A stretch of DNA of 32,000 bases from Sinorhizobium meliloti (GTDB taxonomy: Bacteria > Pseudomonadota > Alphaproteobacteria > Rhizobiales > Rhizobiaceae). Shown here piece after piece: positions 23,492-31,753 of this stretch; positions within the stretch are counted from its first letter, which is position 1; each line of letters opens with the position of its first letter. The notes below the pieces were generated by a model. The model saw nothing but the letters and a program-made list of their open reading frames with translations, did no database searches and was not told where the DNA came from. Made by a program: the position numbers and the translations under genes. The stretch spans positions 540,001-572,000 of the forward strand of contig NZ_JAGIOS010000002.1 of the NCBI RefSeq assembly GCF_017876815.1, in the 5' to 3' direction.

Positions 23492-24535
23492 TCACCGCCC
23501 GCCGGCGGGTCGATCCACGCCGGTCGGTCCGCTGCGGAGAAGCGCATCGATCTCCGCCATTATTGCCGCCGGCAATGGCCCCAGCTGCATCGCCGCGAGA
23601 TTCTCCCGGACCTGCGCCTCCGACTTGAAACCGGGTATGGGGAGGGTGCTGGGCGAACGGGCGAGAAGCCAACCCAGCGCGCCTTGAGCCAAGGTTCTGC
23701 CGCCCGTCTGGAGAAGCTCTCTGAGCTCTTCAAGGCGCCGGAGATAGTCGGCACGCGGCCGTCCGTCCTCGAAGAACCGCACCCAACTGTGACCGGCCGC
23801 GCGCACGTCGTCGTCAGGCAGGCGCGTGTCAGGATTGAACTTGCCAGTCAGAAATCCCATCGCCGATGGCGACCGATTCAGGCTCGCAAGATCGGTGCTC
23901 TCGCACATCGCCAGCATATCGGGCCCGTTCGTGAAGACGTTGAGCTCCTGCTGAACCGCGACGAAATGCGGAAACTTCACCATCCGCTTCGCGCCGGCGG
24001 CGTTGTCCGTGCTCCAGCCCCAGAAACGGATGGCACCTGTCTCAGCGAGCTTTTCAAGTGTCTCGCCGGCAGCATCCGCCTGATCGTGCGACAGTTCGCC
24101 GACATGTATCTGATCGAGGTCGATATGGCCGGTGCCCAAACGCTGGAGCGACGCCGTGCAGGCCTGCTCGATATAGGAAGGGCTGACATCCGTGCCGATC
24201 AGGGCACGTTTGGCACGGTCGTAGGTATATCCGAACTTGGTTGCGACGATTGCCTCGCCTCGTCGCCCCTTGAGGGCTCGGCCAATGACCTCCTCGCTAT
24301 GACCGGCTCCATAAGCGTCGGCGGTGTCGATCAGCGATGCACCCATGTCGAGCCCGACATGGATTGCTCGGATCGACTGTTCGTCATCGACCTCTCCCCA
24401 GCCGTCCGCCTTCCCGTCGAGGGTGAAGAAGCCTCCGATCGCCCAACAGCCGAGGCCGATCGATCCGGCGGAGAGGCCGGAGCGACCCAATGGTCTGTGC
24501 CCGATCGCTGATACGTCGCTGGCAAGCATGATCAT
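23492..24535 (-). CDS. Aldo/keto reductase
   Basis: The ATG at 24535 is preceded by AAGGGAAG. The blocks LGRSGLSAGSIGLGCWAIGG, IDTADAYGAGHSEEVIG and VATKFG are typical of AKRs. The maximal ORF runs to 24646. Confidence 0.88.
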   Translation of the reverse strand: MIMLASDVSAIGHRPLGRSGLSAGSIGLGCWAIGGFFTLDGKADGWGEVDDEQSIRAIHVGLDMGASLIDTADAYGAGHSEEVIGRALKGRRGEAIVATKFGYTYDRAKRALIGTDVSPSYIEQACTASLQRLGTGHIDLDQIHVGELSHDQADAAGETLEKLAETGAIRFWGWSTDNAAGAKRMVKFPHFVAVQQELNVFTNGPDMLAMCESTDLASLNRSPSAMGFLTGKFNPDTRLPDDDVRAAGHSWVRFFEDGRPRADYLRRLEELRELLQTGGRTLAQGALGWLLARSPSTLPIPGFKSEAQVRENLAAMQLGPLPAAIMAEIDALLRSGPTGVDRPAGGR

Positions 24536-24825
24536 TCTTCCCTTTGTGGAACGATGCTCGCGCACTATGTCACCGCCCAAACGGCGCCCGGAAGTTCCGA
24601 TTCTGCAGGGTGTTTTTCGCCGATGAAAAATCGGCCGGTGCGGCAATCCGGCCTCGGCAGCGCATCGAACCGGCAGAAAAGACAGTCAATTCAGCTGGTA
24701 TGTTATTGCTTGGCGAGACTCATGTTACGCTAACGGCGCATCTCCGGTTGAACGCATGGCGGCCGCTTCTCTACTCGCCGTCGTGCAGTCAATCGAAGAT
24801 GATCGTCAGCAGCGGAGAAAACACC

Positions 24826-25005
24826 ATGAACCGCAACGTTATCATTGGCATTATCGTGCTCGCGATTATCATTCTCGCGGTCATATTCTTCATGCCAGGG
24901 ACGGCTGAAACGCCCCCGGCGACTGAAACAACTCCCCCGGCGACGACGGAGCCCGCGCCCACAGAACCGGCACCGGCACCGACGACACCTGCGCCCTCTC
25001 AATAA
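24826..25005 (+). CDS. 59-aa single-pass membrane microprotein with a Pro/Thr-rich tail
   Basis: GGAGA lies 8 nt upstream of the ATG. The sequence is MNRNVIIGIIVLAIIILAVIFFMPG followed by TAETPPATETTPPATTEPAPTEPAPAPTTPAPSQ. A strong hairpin follows the gene. Confidence 0.55.
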   Translation: MNRNVIIGIIVLAIIILAVIFFMPGTAETPPATETTPPATTEPAPTEPAPAPTTPAPSQ

Positions 25006-25011
25006 AGCCGG

Positions 25012-25051
25012 CCGATCGCACGCCCCGTTCAGAGACGGGGCGTGCGATCGG
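25012..25051. terminator. Perfect 17-bp hairpin between convergent genes
   Basis: The arm ccgatcgcacgccccgt (25012-25028) pairs with acggggcgtgcgatcgg (25035-25051) around the loop tcagag. It lies 6 nt after the microprotein stop and 4 nt after the NadE-like stop. No clear U-tract is present. Confidence 0.6.
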
Positions 25052-25055
25052 ATCC

Positions 25056-26060
25056 TTACTCGATCTCCTCGACCGGCTGCACCAGCTGCGGCCCGAGATG
25101 CAGGTAGCGCGTCGCCTTGCGCTTGGCGGCAATGTCGGCCCAGACGCGCTCGACCTGAGCCACGCCTAGATTCGCCGCGCGTCCGACCTCGTCGGCACTG
25201 AGTCCGTTGTTGAGGCCGAAGAGGCAGAGGTCCATGCGGTCATAAGGCAGGGAGAAATAGAACTCCTCCTGCGTCTGCTCGAGCGAATAGGTGTCTGTGG
25301 TCGGCGGCCGCCGCCGGATTTCCTCGGGAATGCCGAGATGTCCGGCGAGCGCATAGACCTGCGACTTGTAAAGATGGGCGATCGGTTTGACGTCTGCCGC
25401 GCCATCGCCATTCTTGACGAAGAAGCCTTGGTCGTATTCCAGCCTGTTCGGCGTGCCGAGCACGGCGAAGTTCAGCCGGTCGGCATGGTAATATTCGATC
25501 TGCTTGCGGGTGCGCTGCTTCATATTCGTCGCGGCTACGATGCCGAGATAGACGGAAGGCGGCATGCGCAGCTTCGTCTGTTTGCCTTCGGGGTCCTGCA
25601 CCACGAGCGAGGAAATGTTGTAGCCGTCGCCTTCGAGCGCATTGGCGATGACGATCTTCGACGCCCAGCCCGGGCCGTAATCGGGGACGAGTTCGCGAAT
25701 GAAGGCATCGCGCCGCTGATAGCAGCCCATGGCATCGAGCGTCGGTCCGATGTCCTCGACCACCGCCTCGACACCGAACGTCTCGGCGACCAGCCGGCCG
25801 AGGCGCAGGCTTTCCGGGTCGGAATCGTTCTCCGGCATGAAGAGGCAGAAGACATTCTTCGCACCGACGGCGCGCACGGCCAGTGCGACCGAGACGCTCG
25901 AATCGATGCCGCCGGAAAGGCCGAGTACGAGGCCGCGTTTGCGCAGGCTGCGCAACTGGCCCCGCAATCCGGCGACGATTCGGTCGGCCTCCGCAGCTTC
26001 GTCGATTTTCAGCGTGTCGGCCGAGAAGACGAGCCTGTTCTGGTCCGGTCGGATATTCAT
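25056..26060 (-). CDS. Short NadE-family PP-loop ATP pyrophosphatase (NAD synthetase-like amidating enzyme)
   Basis: LVLGLSGGIDSSVSVALA shows the SGGxDS PP-loop. The C-terminal block reads GDGAADVKPIAHLYKSQVYALAGHLGIPEEI..PPTTD..EQTQEEFYFSLPYDRMD. The ATG at 26060 overlaps the ligase stop (ATGA). There is no nitrilase-type glutaminase domain. The maximal ORF runs to 26183. Confidence 0.8.
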   Translation of the reverse strand: MNIRPDQNRLVFSADTLKIDEAAEADRIVAGLRGQLRSLRKRGLVLGLSGGIDSSVSVALAVRAVGAKNVFCLFMPENDSDPESLRLGRLVAETFGVEAVVEDIGPTLDAMGCYQRRDAFIRELVPDYGPGWASKIVIANALEGDGYNISSLVVQDPEGKQTKLRMPPSVYLGIVAATNMKQRTRKQIEYYHADRLNFAVLGTPNRLEYDQGFFVKNGDGAADVKPIAHLYKSQVYALAGHLGIPEEIRRRPPTTDTYSLEQTQEEFYFSLPYDRMDLCLFGLNNGLSADEVGRAANLGVAQVERVWADIAAKRKATRYLHLGPQLVQPVEEIE

Positions 26061-27604
26061 TCTGCGGGCTCCAATGTTTCGGCCGCAAGGCGGCGGCTGA
26101 CTTTTCCTGTATCCGTCTTCGGCAATTCGGTGCGGAACTCGACGATCTTCGGCACCATGAAATCCTCGAGATGGCGGCTGCAATGACGGATAATGTCCTT
26201 CTCCGTCAGCGTCGGGTCCGACAACACGACGAGAGCGCCGATCGCGGCCCCAAGCACCGGATCGGGAACACCGATGACCACGGCCTCGGCAATTCCCGGA
26301 TGCGCATGCAGCACGGTCTCGACCTCCTTGGGCGCCACCTTTTCGCCGCGCGTCTTGATGATGTCGTCCTTGCGGCCGACGAAATAGAGGAAACCCTCCT
26401 CGTCGGTACGGAACAGGTCACCGGTGTGAAGCACCTTTTCCCAGGGGTTGGGGCCGGGGCGGAGCATGCGCTCGGTCGCGGCGTCGTTGCGCCAGTAGCC
26501 CTGCATCACATGCGGGCCGCGAATGACCAGTTCGCCGGGTACACCGGGCGGTACCCGGTTTCCCTCGTCATCGACCACGAAGGCTTCGGTATTCGGTATC
26601 GCGATCCCGACGGAACCCGGGCGCCGGTCGAGCTCTTCCGGCGGCAGATAGGTGCAGCGCTTGCATTCCGTCAGTCCGTACATGGAATAGAGCCGGGCGC
26701 CCGGGAAAAGCTCCCTCAGGCGGGCGATATGCGCCGGCGGCAGTGCTGCCGCGGTGTTGGAGAGATAACGAAGGCTCGGCAGGAAGCCGGGTTCGAGGTC
26801 ACGCATCTGCAGGATCATCGCCGCCATGGTCGGCACCAGCGGGAAACCGGTAACCCTTTCGGTCCGGATGCGGTCGAAGATCGCCTGCGGGAAGGCGAAT
26901 GACTTTTCGAGCACGAGCGTCGCGCCGAGCCGGATCGCCATCAGCAGCTGATAGAGCCCGTAGTCGAAGGCGAGCGGCAGCACGTTCAGGATGATGTCGT
27001 CAGGCGTGTTGCGGAGATAGGTGGTGATCGACTCCGAGGCCGCATCGATATTGCGATGCGTCATCATCACGCCCTTGGGACGGCCGGTCGAGCCGGAGGT
27101 ATAGATCAGCATGCCGAGGTCGACGTCGATGCCGCCGTGGCGGACGGGGGCGGGTGCAGCCGTCAGGCATTCCTCGAAGGAAGCGGCACCGTCCGGGATG
27201 CGGCCGCCCGGCGCGGCGGTCGAGGCGACGAATGGCGCATGGCCGGGAGCAAGCGCCAGCGCCTCGGCAACGACCGGCATCAGCTTGGCCTGCGTCAGGA
27301 TAGCCGCCGCCTCGCAATCGGCGACGATATAGGCAAGCTTGTCCGCCTTGGTCGAAGCATTGATCGGGCTGAAGGTCGCTCCGGCCTTCAGGATCGCGAA
27401 GATCGCGGCGGCCGCCTCCCAGCAATTGTCCATGAAGACCAGAACCCGATCGTTCCGCTTCACGCCGTTTTCGGCAAGAGCGGCGGCGAGGCGGGTCGAA
27501 AGATCGTCGAGTTCGGCATAGCCGAGCCGCCGGCGACCGGTGACCAGCGCCGTCTTTGCCCCGTTGGCCGCGGCGTTCCTGATGAGGAATTGCTCGAACC
27601 GCAT
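26057..27604 (-). CDS. ANL-superfamily adenylating enzyme (acyl-CoA / acyl-carrier-protein ligase)
   Basis: The AMP-binding core is LIYTSGSTGRPKGVMMTHRN. It also shows GELVIRGPHVMQGYW and GDLFRTDEEGFLYFVGRKDDIIKTRGEKVAPKEVE. Confidence 0.92.
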   Translation of the reverse strand: MRFEQFLIRNAAANGAKTALVTGRRRLGYAELDDLSTRLAAALAENGVKRNDRVLVFMDNCWEAAAAIFAILKAGATFSPINASTKADKLAYIVADCEAAAILTQAKLMPVVAEALALAPGHAPFVASTAAPGGRIPDGAASFEECLTAAPAPVRHGGIDVDLGMLIYTSGSTGRPKGVMMTHRNIDAASESITTYLRNTPDDIILNVLPLAFDYGLYQLLMAIRLGATLVLEKSFAFPQAIFDRIRTERVTGFPLVPTMAAMILQMRDLEPGFLPSLRYLSNTAAALPPAHIARLRELFPGARLYSMYGLTECKRCTYLPPEELDRRPGSVGIAIPNTEAFVVDDEGNRVPPGVPGELVIRGPHVMQGYWRNDAATERMLRPGPNPWEKVLHTGDLFRTDEEGFLYFVGRKDDIIKTRGEKVAPKEVETVLHAHPGIAEAVVIGVPDPVLGAAIGALVVLSDPTLTEKDIIRHCSRHLEDFMVPKIVEFRTELPKTDTGKVSRRLAAETLEPAE

Positions 27605-27631
27605 GATGGTGATGCCCCCGCCCTTCGCCGC

Positions 27632-27898
27632 TTACGCCGAGACCGGCACGGCGGCTTTCGCTTCGATGAAAGCCGAAATCCGCGCGAGCGAGTCGAGATT
27701 TTGCGGGACGATGTCGGCATCGGCCATCACGATCCCGAAATCGTCTTCGATGAAGGCCACCAGTTCCAGAACGCCGGTCGAATCGATGATGTCGTTCTCG
27801 ATCAGCGAAGCGTCGTCCGCGAGTTCGTATGCGCTGTCGCCGAAGAGAAAGTTCTCGATGACGAATGCCTTGACCTTGTCCTTAATCGCTTGGGTCAT
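27632..27898 (-). CDS. Acyl/peptidyl carrier protein
   Basis: It is 88 aa and acidic. The phosphopantetheine attachment block is NDIIDSTGVLELVAFIEDDFG. AAGGA lies 7 nt upstream of the ATG. Confidence 0.85.
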   Translation of the reverse strand: MTQAIKDKVKAFVIENFLFGDSAYELADDASLIENDIIDSTGVLELVAFIEDDFGIVMADADIVPQNLDSLARISAFIEAKAAVPVSA

Positions 27899-27924
27899 TC
27901 CACTATCCTTTTTTCCAACGGTTT

Positions 27925-29862
27925 TTACGCGGCCTCAGCCTTGCGAAGGCTGGTGCCGGTGAATGTCTGCAGCCAGAGTTGCGTCGACAGGACGCCGACG
28001 AAGGCCGCGTTGTCGCGAAAGCCCGAGGCGGGGCGCGACTGGCATTTCTCGTAGAGTTTCGTTACCGCTTTGGCGTTGAAGAGCCCGCCGGCGGCGACCG
28101 CGTCCTCGCTCATGGCGGAGCGCACATAATCGAGTTCGCCCGCGCCGCTGAAGGAGTGGCTGTCCGGAGCGCGATAGGGCTGCTTCGTCCGCCGGCCGAT
28201 CGCCGGCGGCAGCAGGTCTTTCGTCGCCTCGCGCAGGATATGCTTCTCGACGAGCCCTCTGAGTTTCATTTCCGGCGGCAGCTTTGCGGCGAATTCGACG
28301 AGGCGGTGGTCGAGGAACGGGAAACGGCCCTCGATCCCATGCGCCATCGCCATGCGGTCGCCCTGGCTCGAGAGAATATATCCGGGCAGCAGGAAGCGGC
28401 TTTCGAGATATTGGGCCTGATGCAGCGGATGCCAGCGGCCGAAGGCGGCGGGGAGCCGGCTGACCAATTCTTCCGCCGCATCATAGCCCTTGAGTTCGGC
28501 GCGCAGGTCCGAGGAGAAGAACATCTTGGTTGCCGCCGTGCCCTTGAGGCGTGGCCGATGCGAAAAGAGCGGGTCGTCGAGGGCCACGTCGCCGGCGCCG
28601 AAAAAGGCGGCGAGATACTCGGCCGACTGCTGCTGCAGGCCTGGCAGATAGGGGTAAAGCTTGCGGAACAGATGCGGCCTGATCCGCGAGCCGGGTTGCC
28701 GGCCGCAGAAACGGCGGACGCGCGCTTCCTTGAAGATATCGTAACCGGCGAAAACCTCGTCGGCGCCCTCGCCCGTCAGCACTACTTTCAGACCCGCCTC
28801 GCGCACCAGGCCGGACAATTTGTAGAGCGGCGCGGGCGCAGTGCGGATGATCGGCTTCTCGGTAAAGCGGATGACATCGGGAAAGTCCCTGGCGATGTCG
28901 CCGGCGCGGCATGCGGCCGCGCGGTGTTCGGTTCCGAGCGCCGCTGCCATCTCCTCCTGGAATGCGCTTTCGTCATGCTCCGCGCTATCGAAGGTGACGG
29001 AGAAGGTGCGCAAGCCTTGGGACGTCATCCCGGCCGCCAGCGCCGAGATGATGGACGAATCGAGGCCTCCGGAAAGATAGGCGCCGACGGGCACATCGGC
29101 CCGCATGCGGATCCGCGTCGCGTCCGTCAGGAGCGCGCGCAATTCCTCCGCAGCGCGGCTTTCCTCCGCATAGGCTGGGCGCTCGTCCCGGTCCGGATAG
29201 TCGAGCTGCCAATAGGGCCTTGTCGTGGTGCCGTTCTGATCGGCGATCATCAGATGCCCGGGCTCGAGCTCGTGGATGTCGCGGAAGGGCGTACGCGGCG
29301 CGATCGGCGCCCATAGGGTGAATATCTGGTCGAGCGCGATCGGGTCGATCTCTGCGGAGACACCCGGAACTTCGAGGAGCGCCTTGACCTCGGATGCGAA
29401 ATAGAGCGTGCCGCCTTTCAAAGTGTGGAAGAGTGGGCGCACACCCATGCGGTCGCGCGCGAGCATCATCCGGCGCCGGCGTGCGTCCCAGATCGCGAAG
29501 GCGAAATCGCCGTTGAGGAGAGAGAGACAGTCCTCGCCCATCTCTTCGTAAAGATGGAGGATTACCTCCGTATCGCTGGAGGTGCGGAACCGGCGGCCTC
29601 TGGCGCGCAGTTCGTCGCGCAACTCCACATAGTTGAAGATTTCGCCATTGAAGGCGATCGTCAGCTCGCCGCTCGGGTCGGACATCGGCTGCTGGCCGTC
29701 CCCGAGCCCCACAATCGACAGCCGAACATGACCGAGGCCCGCACCCGGCGCGGTGAAGATCCCACGCTCGTCCGGGCCGCGGTGGCCGATCGCGGCCGTC
29801 ATCCTTTCGAGAAGGGGCTTACCGTCCCGTATTGAACCAAGGTACCCGCCGAATCCGCACAT
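27925..29862 (-). CDS. Asparagine synthase (glutamine-hydrolysing) family amidotransferase
   Basis: MCGFGGY gives the N-terminal nucleophile Cys2. It also shows NGEIFNY and VGAYLSGGLDSSIISALAA (PP-loop). The product is 645 aa. Confidence 0.92.
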   Translation of the reverse strand: MCGFGGYLGSIRDGKPLLERMTAAIGHRGPDERGIFTAPGAGLGHVRLSIVGLGDGQQPMSDPSGELTIAFNGEIFNYVELRDELRARGRRFRTSSDTEVILHLYEEMGEDCLSLLNGDFAFAIWDARRRRMMLARDRMGVRPLFHTLKGGTLYFASEVKALLEVPGVSAEIDPIALDQIFTLWAPIAPRTPFRDIHELEPGHLMIADQNGTTTRPYWQLDYPDRDERPAYAEESRAAEELRALLTDATRIRMRADVPVGAYLSGGLDSSIISALAAGMTSQGLRTFSVTFDSAEHDESAFQEEMAAALGTEHRAAACRAGDIARDFPDVIRFTEKPIIRTAPAPLYKLSGLVREAGLKVVLTGEGADEVFAGYDIFKEARVRRFCGRQPGSRIRPHLFRKLYPYLPGLQQQSAEYLAAFFGAGDVALDDPLFSHRPRLKGTAATKMFFSSDLRAELKGYDAAEELVSRLPAAFGRWHPLHQAQYLESRFLLPGYILSSQGDRMAMAHGIEGRFPFLDHRLVEFAAKLPPEMKLRGLVEKHILREATKDLLPPAIGRRTKQPYRAPDSHSFSGAGELDYVRSAMSEDAVAAGGLFNAKAVTKLYEKCQSRPASGFRDNAAFVGVLSTQLWLQTFTGTSLRKAEAA

Positions 29863-29879
29863 GCCTATTCGCTCTCACG

Positions 29880-30210
29880 CCCGCAATGACACCCTAAATA
29901 TAGCCTGAATACCGGCGAGAATAGTTAATCAGCGGAGCTTTTTTCAATAATGGTAAATTGTCTTTCTTGGCCTCAATAATAATCGCAGCATCCTTGCGCC
30001 GCTTAATATTCGTATTTACTTTGATACGTTTTTACACTTATTTTACTAAAATTGGATCGGCGGACAAATCTTGCAGTCTTAACAGATCGATAACGGGACC
30101 GCGCGCCGACAGGTTCTTTCACACTGCAGGACTCGAGGTGTGGAACCGCGTAGTTTCCATTTTGTTAAGAAAAAGCGTCCAATCTTAACGTTTGAGCTGC
30201 ACATCTCGGA
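29880..30210. promoter_or_regulatory. AT-rich intergenic tract upstream of the asnB-like operon
   Basis: By my hand count, 29941-30060 is about one third G+C, against more than 60% in the flanking genes. On the minus strand there is a CTATAT hexamer (29903-29898), which matches the rhizobial -10 consensus, about 35 nt upstream of the asnB-like ATG. I saw no matching -35 element. Confidence 0.4.
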
Positions 30211-30214
30211 GCAC

Positions 30215-30340
30215 ATGATGAGCTACGATTGGACCGGCGAGCGGACACGTCGGATGAAGATGATGAGATATGCGATCGCCATTGCGCTCGCCCTCGGGCT
30301 GATTGCCGGCGCGGCGTCTTGGACCCTGCAGACCATCTAA
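30215..30340 (+). CDS. Candidate 41-aa membrane microprotein
   Basis: The sequence is MMSYDWTGERTRRMKMMRYAIAIALALGLIAGAASWTLQTI, with one hydrophobic helix. The SD is weak and close (GGAG 3 nt upstream). The call is speculative. Confidence 0.25.
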   Translation: MMSYDWTGERTRRMKMMRYAIAIALALGLIAGAASWTLQTI

Positions 30341-30682
30341 GCCGTATCGCATTCGGCTTGCCCGGCAGGGAAACGCCCCGATACATCTTTCCTAACTCGA
30401 ATTGAGTAAGCGCTAAACCTTGACGCGAGCGCGCGCCAGGAGTGAAATCCGGGTTGAGGCGTATGCCTTGAGGCCGACCGCCGAATACGATTGAGGAGGC
30501 GGCCTCACCAGTTTCGAGGGGGCGATAGGTGGACCCCGCCGCATAACCGATCAGCAGCAGCGCGGGTTCACCTATCGGGTCGGTGCCGGCCAGTTCGACC
30601 CTATATTTTCACGATTTGCAAAATGGCGCGGGAACAAAGCAGTTCCTTGCGTGTTCTTCGACGCAGCCGCGTGGAGGGTCGA

Positions 30683-30859
30683 ATGCAGAGAAAATTCATG
30701 CCGACGGACGTATTCCTGCGCCTCGAGAGGGAATGGCAGCACATGCGCCATGCAAAGCACAATCTCGAGATCGAGGCCGTTCCTGCGAACGATCAGCGCA
30801 TCGACGGTATCAATGAACTGGAGCCCTCCGCGACCCCGCGGAACGCGCATAGGAGCTAG
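30683..30859 (+). CDS. Candidate 58-aa hypothetical protein
   Basis: GGAGG lies 5 nt upstream of the ATG at 30683. The product begins MQRKFMPTDVFLRLEREWQHMRHAKHNLEIEAVPANDQRIDG... An 18-bp hairpin follows 48 nt downstream. It has no recognisable family. Confidence 0.3.
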   Translation: MQRKFMPTDVFLRLEREWQHMRHAKHNLEIEAVPANDQRIDGINELEPSATPRNAHRS

Positions 30860-30906
30860 TCCGCTTCATCCCTCGAATTACGACGATTATTGCGTAGGTG
30901 CAAAAA

Positions 30907-30950
30907 GGTAGAGCGGATGCGGGCCCAAAGCTGCCCGCATCCGCTCTACC
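30907..30950. repeat. Perfect 18-bp hairpin related to the gcccgcatcc..gctct repeat family
   Basis: The arm ggtagagcggatgcgggc (30907-30924) pairs with gcccgcatccgctctacc (30933-30950). The arm sequence resembles the stems at 21677-21727 and 31610-31660. It may also act as a terminator. Confidence 0.6.
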
Positions 30951-31051
30951 TGGAGGCGTGGAAGATATTCTGATGGTGTCTGTCGGGAACCGCGAATCCC
31001 GAACGTCCTTGGGCCGTACAGAATGTCCCCTTATCGAAGGAGATTCCTTCC

Positions 31052-31528
31052 ATGCCCAAGATTATCTCCCATCTCTGGTTCCCGGAAAACGCGCGTGAGG
31101 CGGTCGACTTCTACGTATCGACGATCCCGAATTCCGCCATATCGGGCAGCACCACCGTGCCCGCCGAAACGCCCAGCGGCCCGCCGGGCAGCGTCACGGT
31201 GATCGAATTCAAGCTCGGCGACCAGAACTTCACCGCACTCGAAGCCGGTCCTCTCGATCCTTTCAACCACGCTTACTCGATCCAGGTCGCCTGCGACAGC
31301 CAGGAAGAGCTCGACCGCATCTGGCACGCCTTCCTCGACAATGGCGGCCAAGCGGAGCACTGCGGCTGGCTGAAGGACCGCTGGGGCCTGTCCTGGCAGA
31401 TCGTTCCCCGCGTCCTCGGCGAGATGATCTCGGATGCGAACCGCGAAAGAGCGAAGCGCGTGACGGAAGCCATGCTTGCCATGGTAAAGTTCGATATCGC
31501 CGCACTCGAGCGGGCTCACCGCAGTTAG
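31052..31528 (+). CDS. VOC-superfamily protein (PhnB / 3-demethylubiquinone-9 3-methyltransferase-domain family)
   Basis: The blocks MPKIISHLWF, FKLGDQNFTALEAGP, AEHCGWLKDRWGLSWQIVP and AMLAMVKFDIAALE are typical of this family. Confidence 0.85.
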   Translation: MPKIISHLWFPENAREAVDFYVSTIPNSAISGSTTVPAETPSGPPGSVTVIEFKLGDQNFTALEAGPLDPFNHAYSIQVACDSQEELDRIWHAFLDNGGQAEHCGWLKDRWGLSWQIVPRVLGEMISDANRERAKRVTEAMLAMVKFDIAALERAHRS

Positions 31529-31609
31529 CTTTACAGCACCGCGCTCACGACTTCGTGGCTGCAGAGTAGCGCCGCAGGGGTTATTATCCCGCCCCGTGAG
31601 CCACAGGCT

Positions 31610-31726
31610 AGCGCGGGATGAGGAAAAGTGTGTGCGGTTTTCCGCCCGCATCCCGCGTCTCAACTTCTTGGAATCGATCATGTTCATGCTTTCAGGTCGA
31701 CCTGACCCAAAAGCATCGTGATCTGG
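31610..31726. repeat. Composite rhizobial intergenic repeat (hairpin module plus palindrome plus catcgtgatct module)
   Basis: 31610-31660 matches 21677-21727. The palindrome tcaggtcgacctga (31692-31705) plus cccaaaagcatcgtgatctgg matches the architecture at 15793-15826. Confidence 0.75.
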
Positions 31727-31753
31727 AGAGCTTCGGGCCGAAGGGAGCGAGCG

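Noticed and set aside
27979-29316. A 445-aa plus-strand ORF. Similar ORFs lie at 27056..28054, 25883..26902, 25338..26186 and 25240..26088.
   Set aside because: All are antisense or out of frame relative to the AsnB-like, ligase and NadE-like genes. They have Arg-rich low-complexity products.
31031-31687. A 218-aa minus-strand ORF.
   Set aside because: It is antisense to the well-supported VOC-family gene, and its start lies inside the composite repeat.
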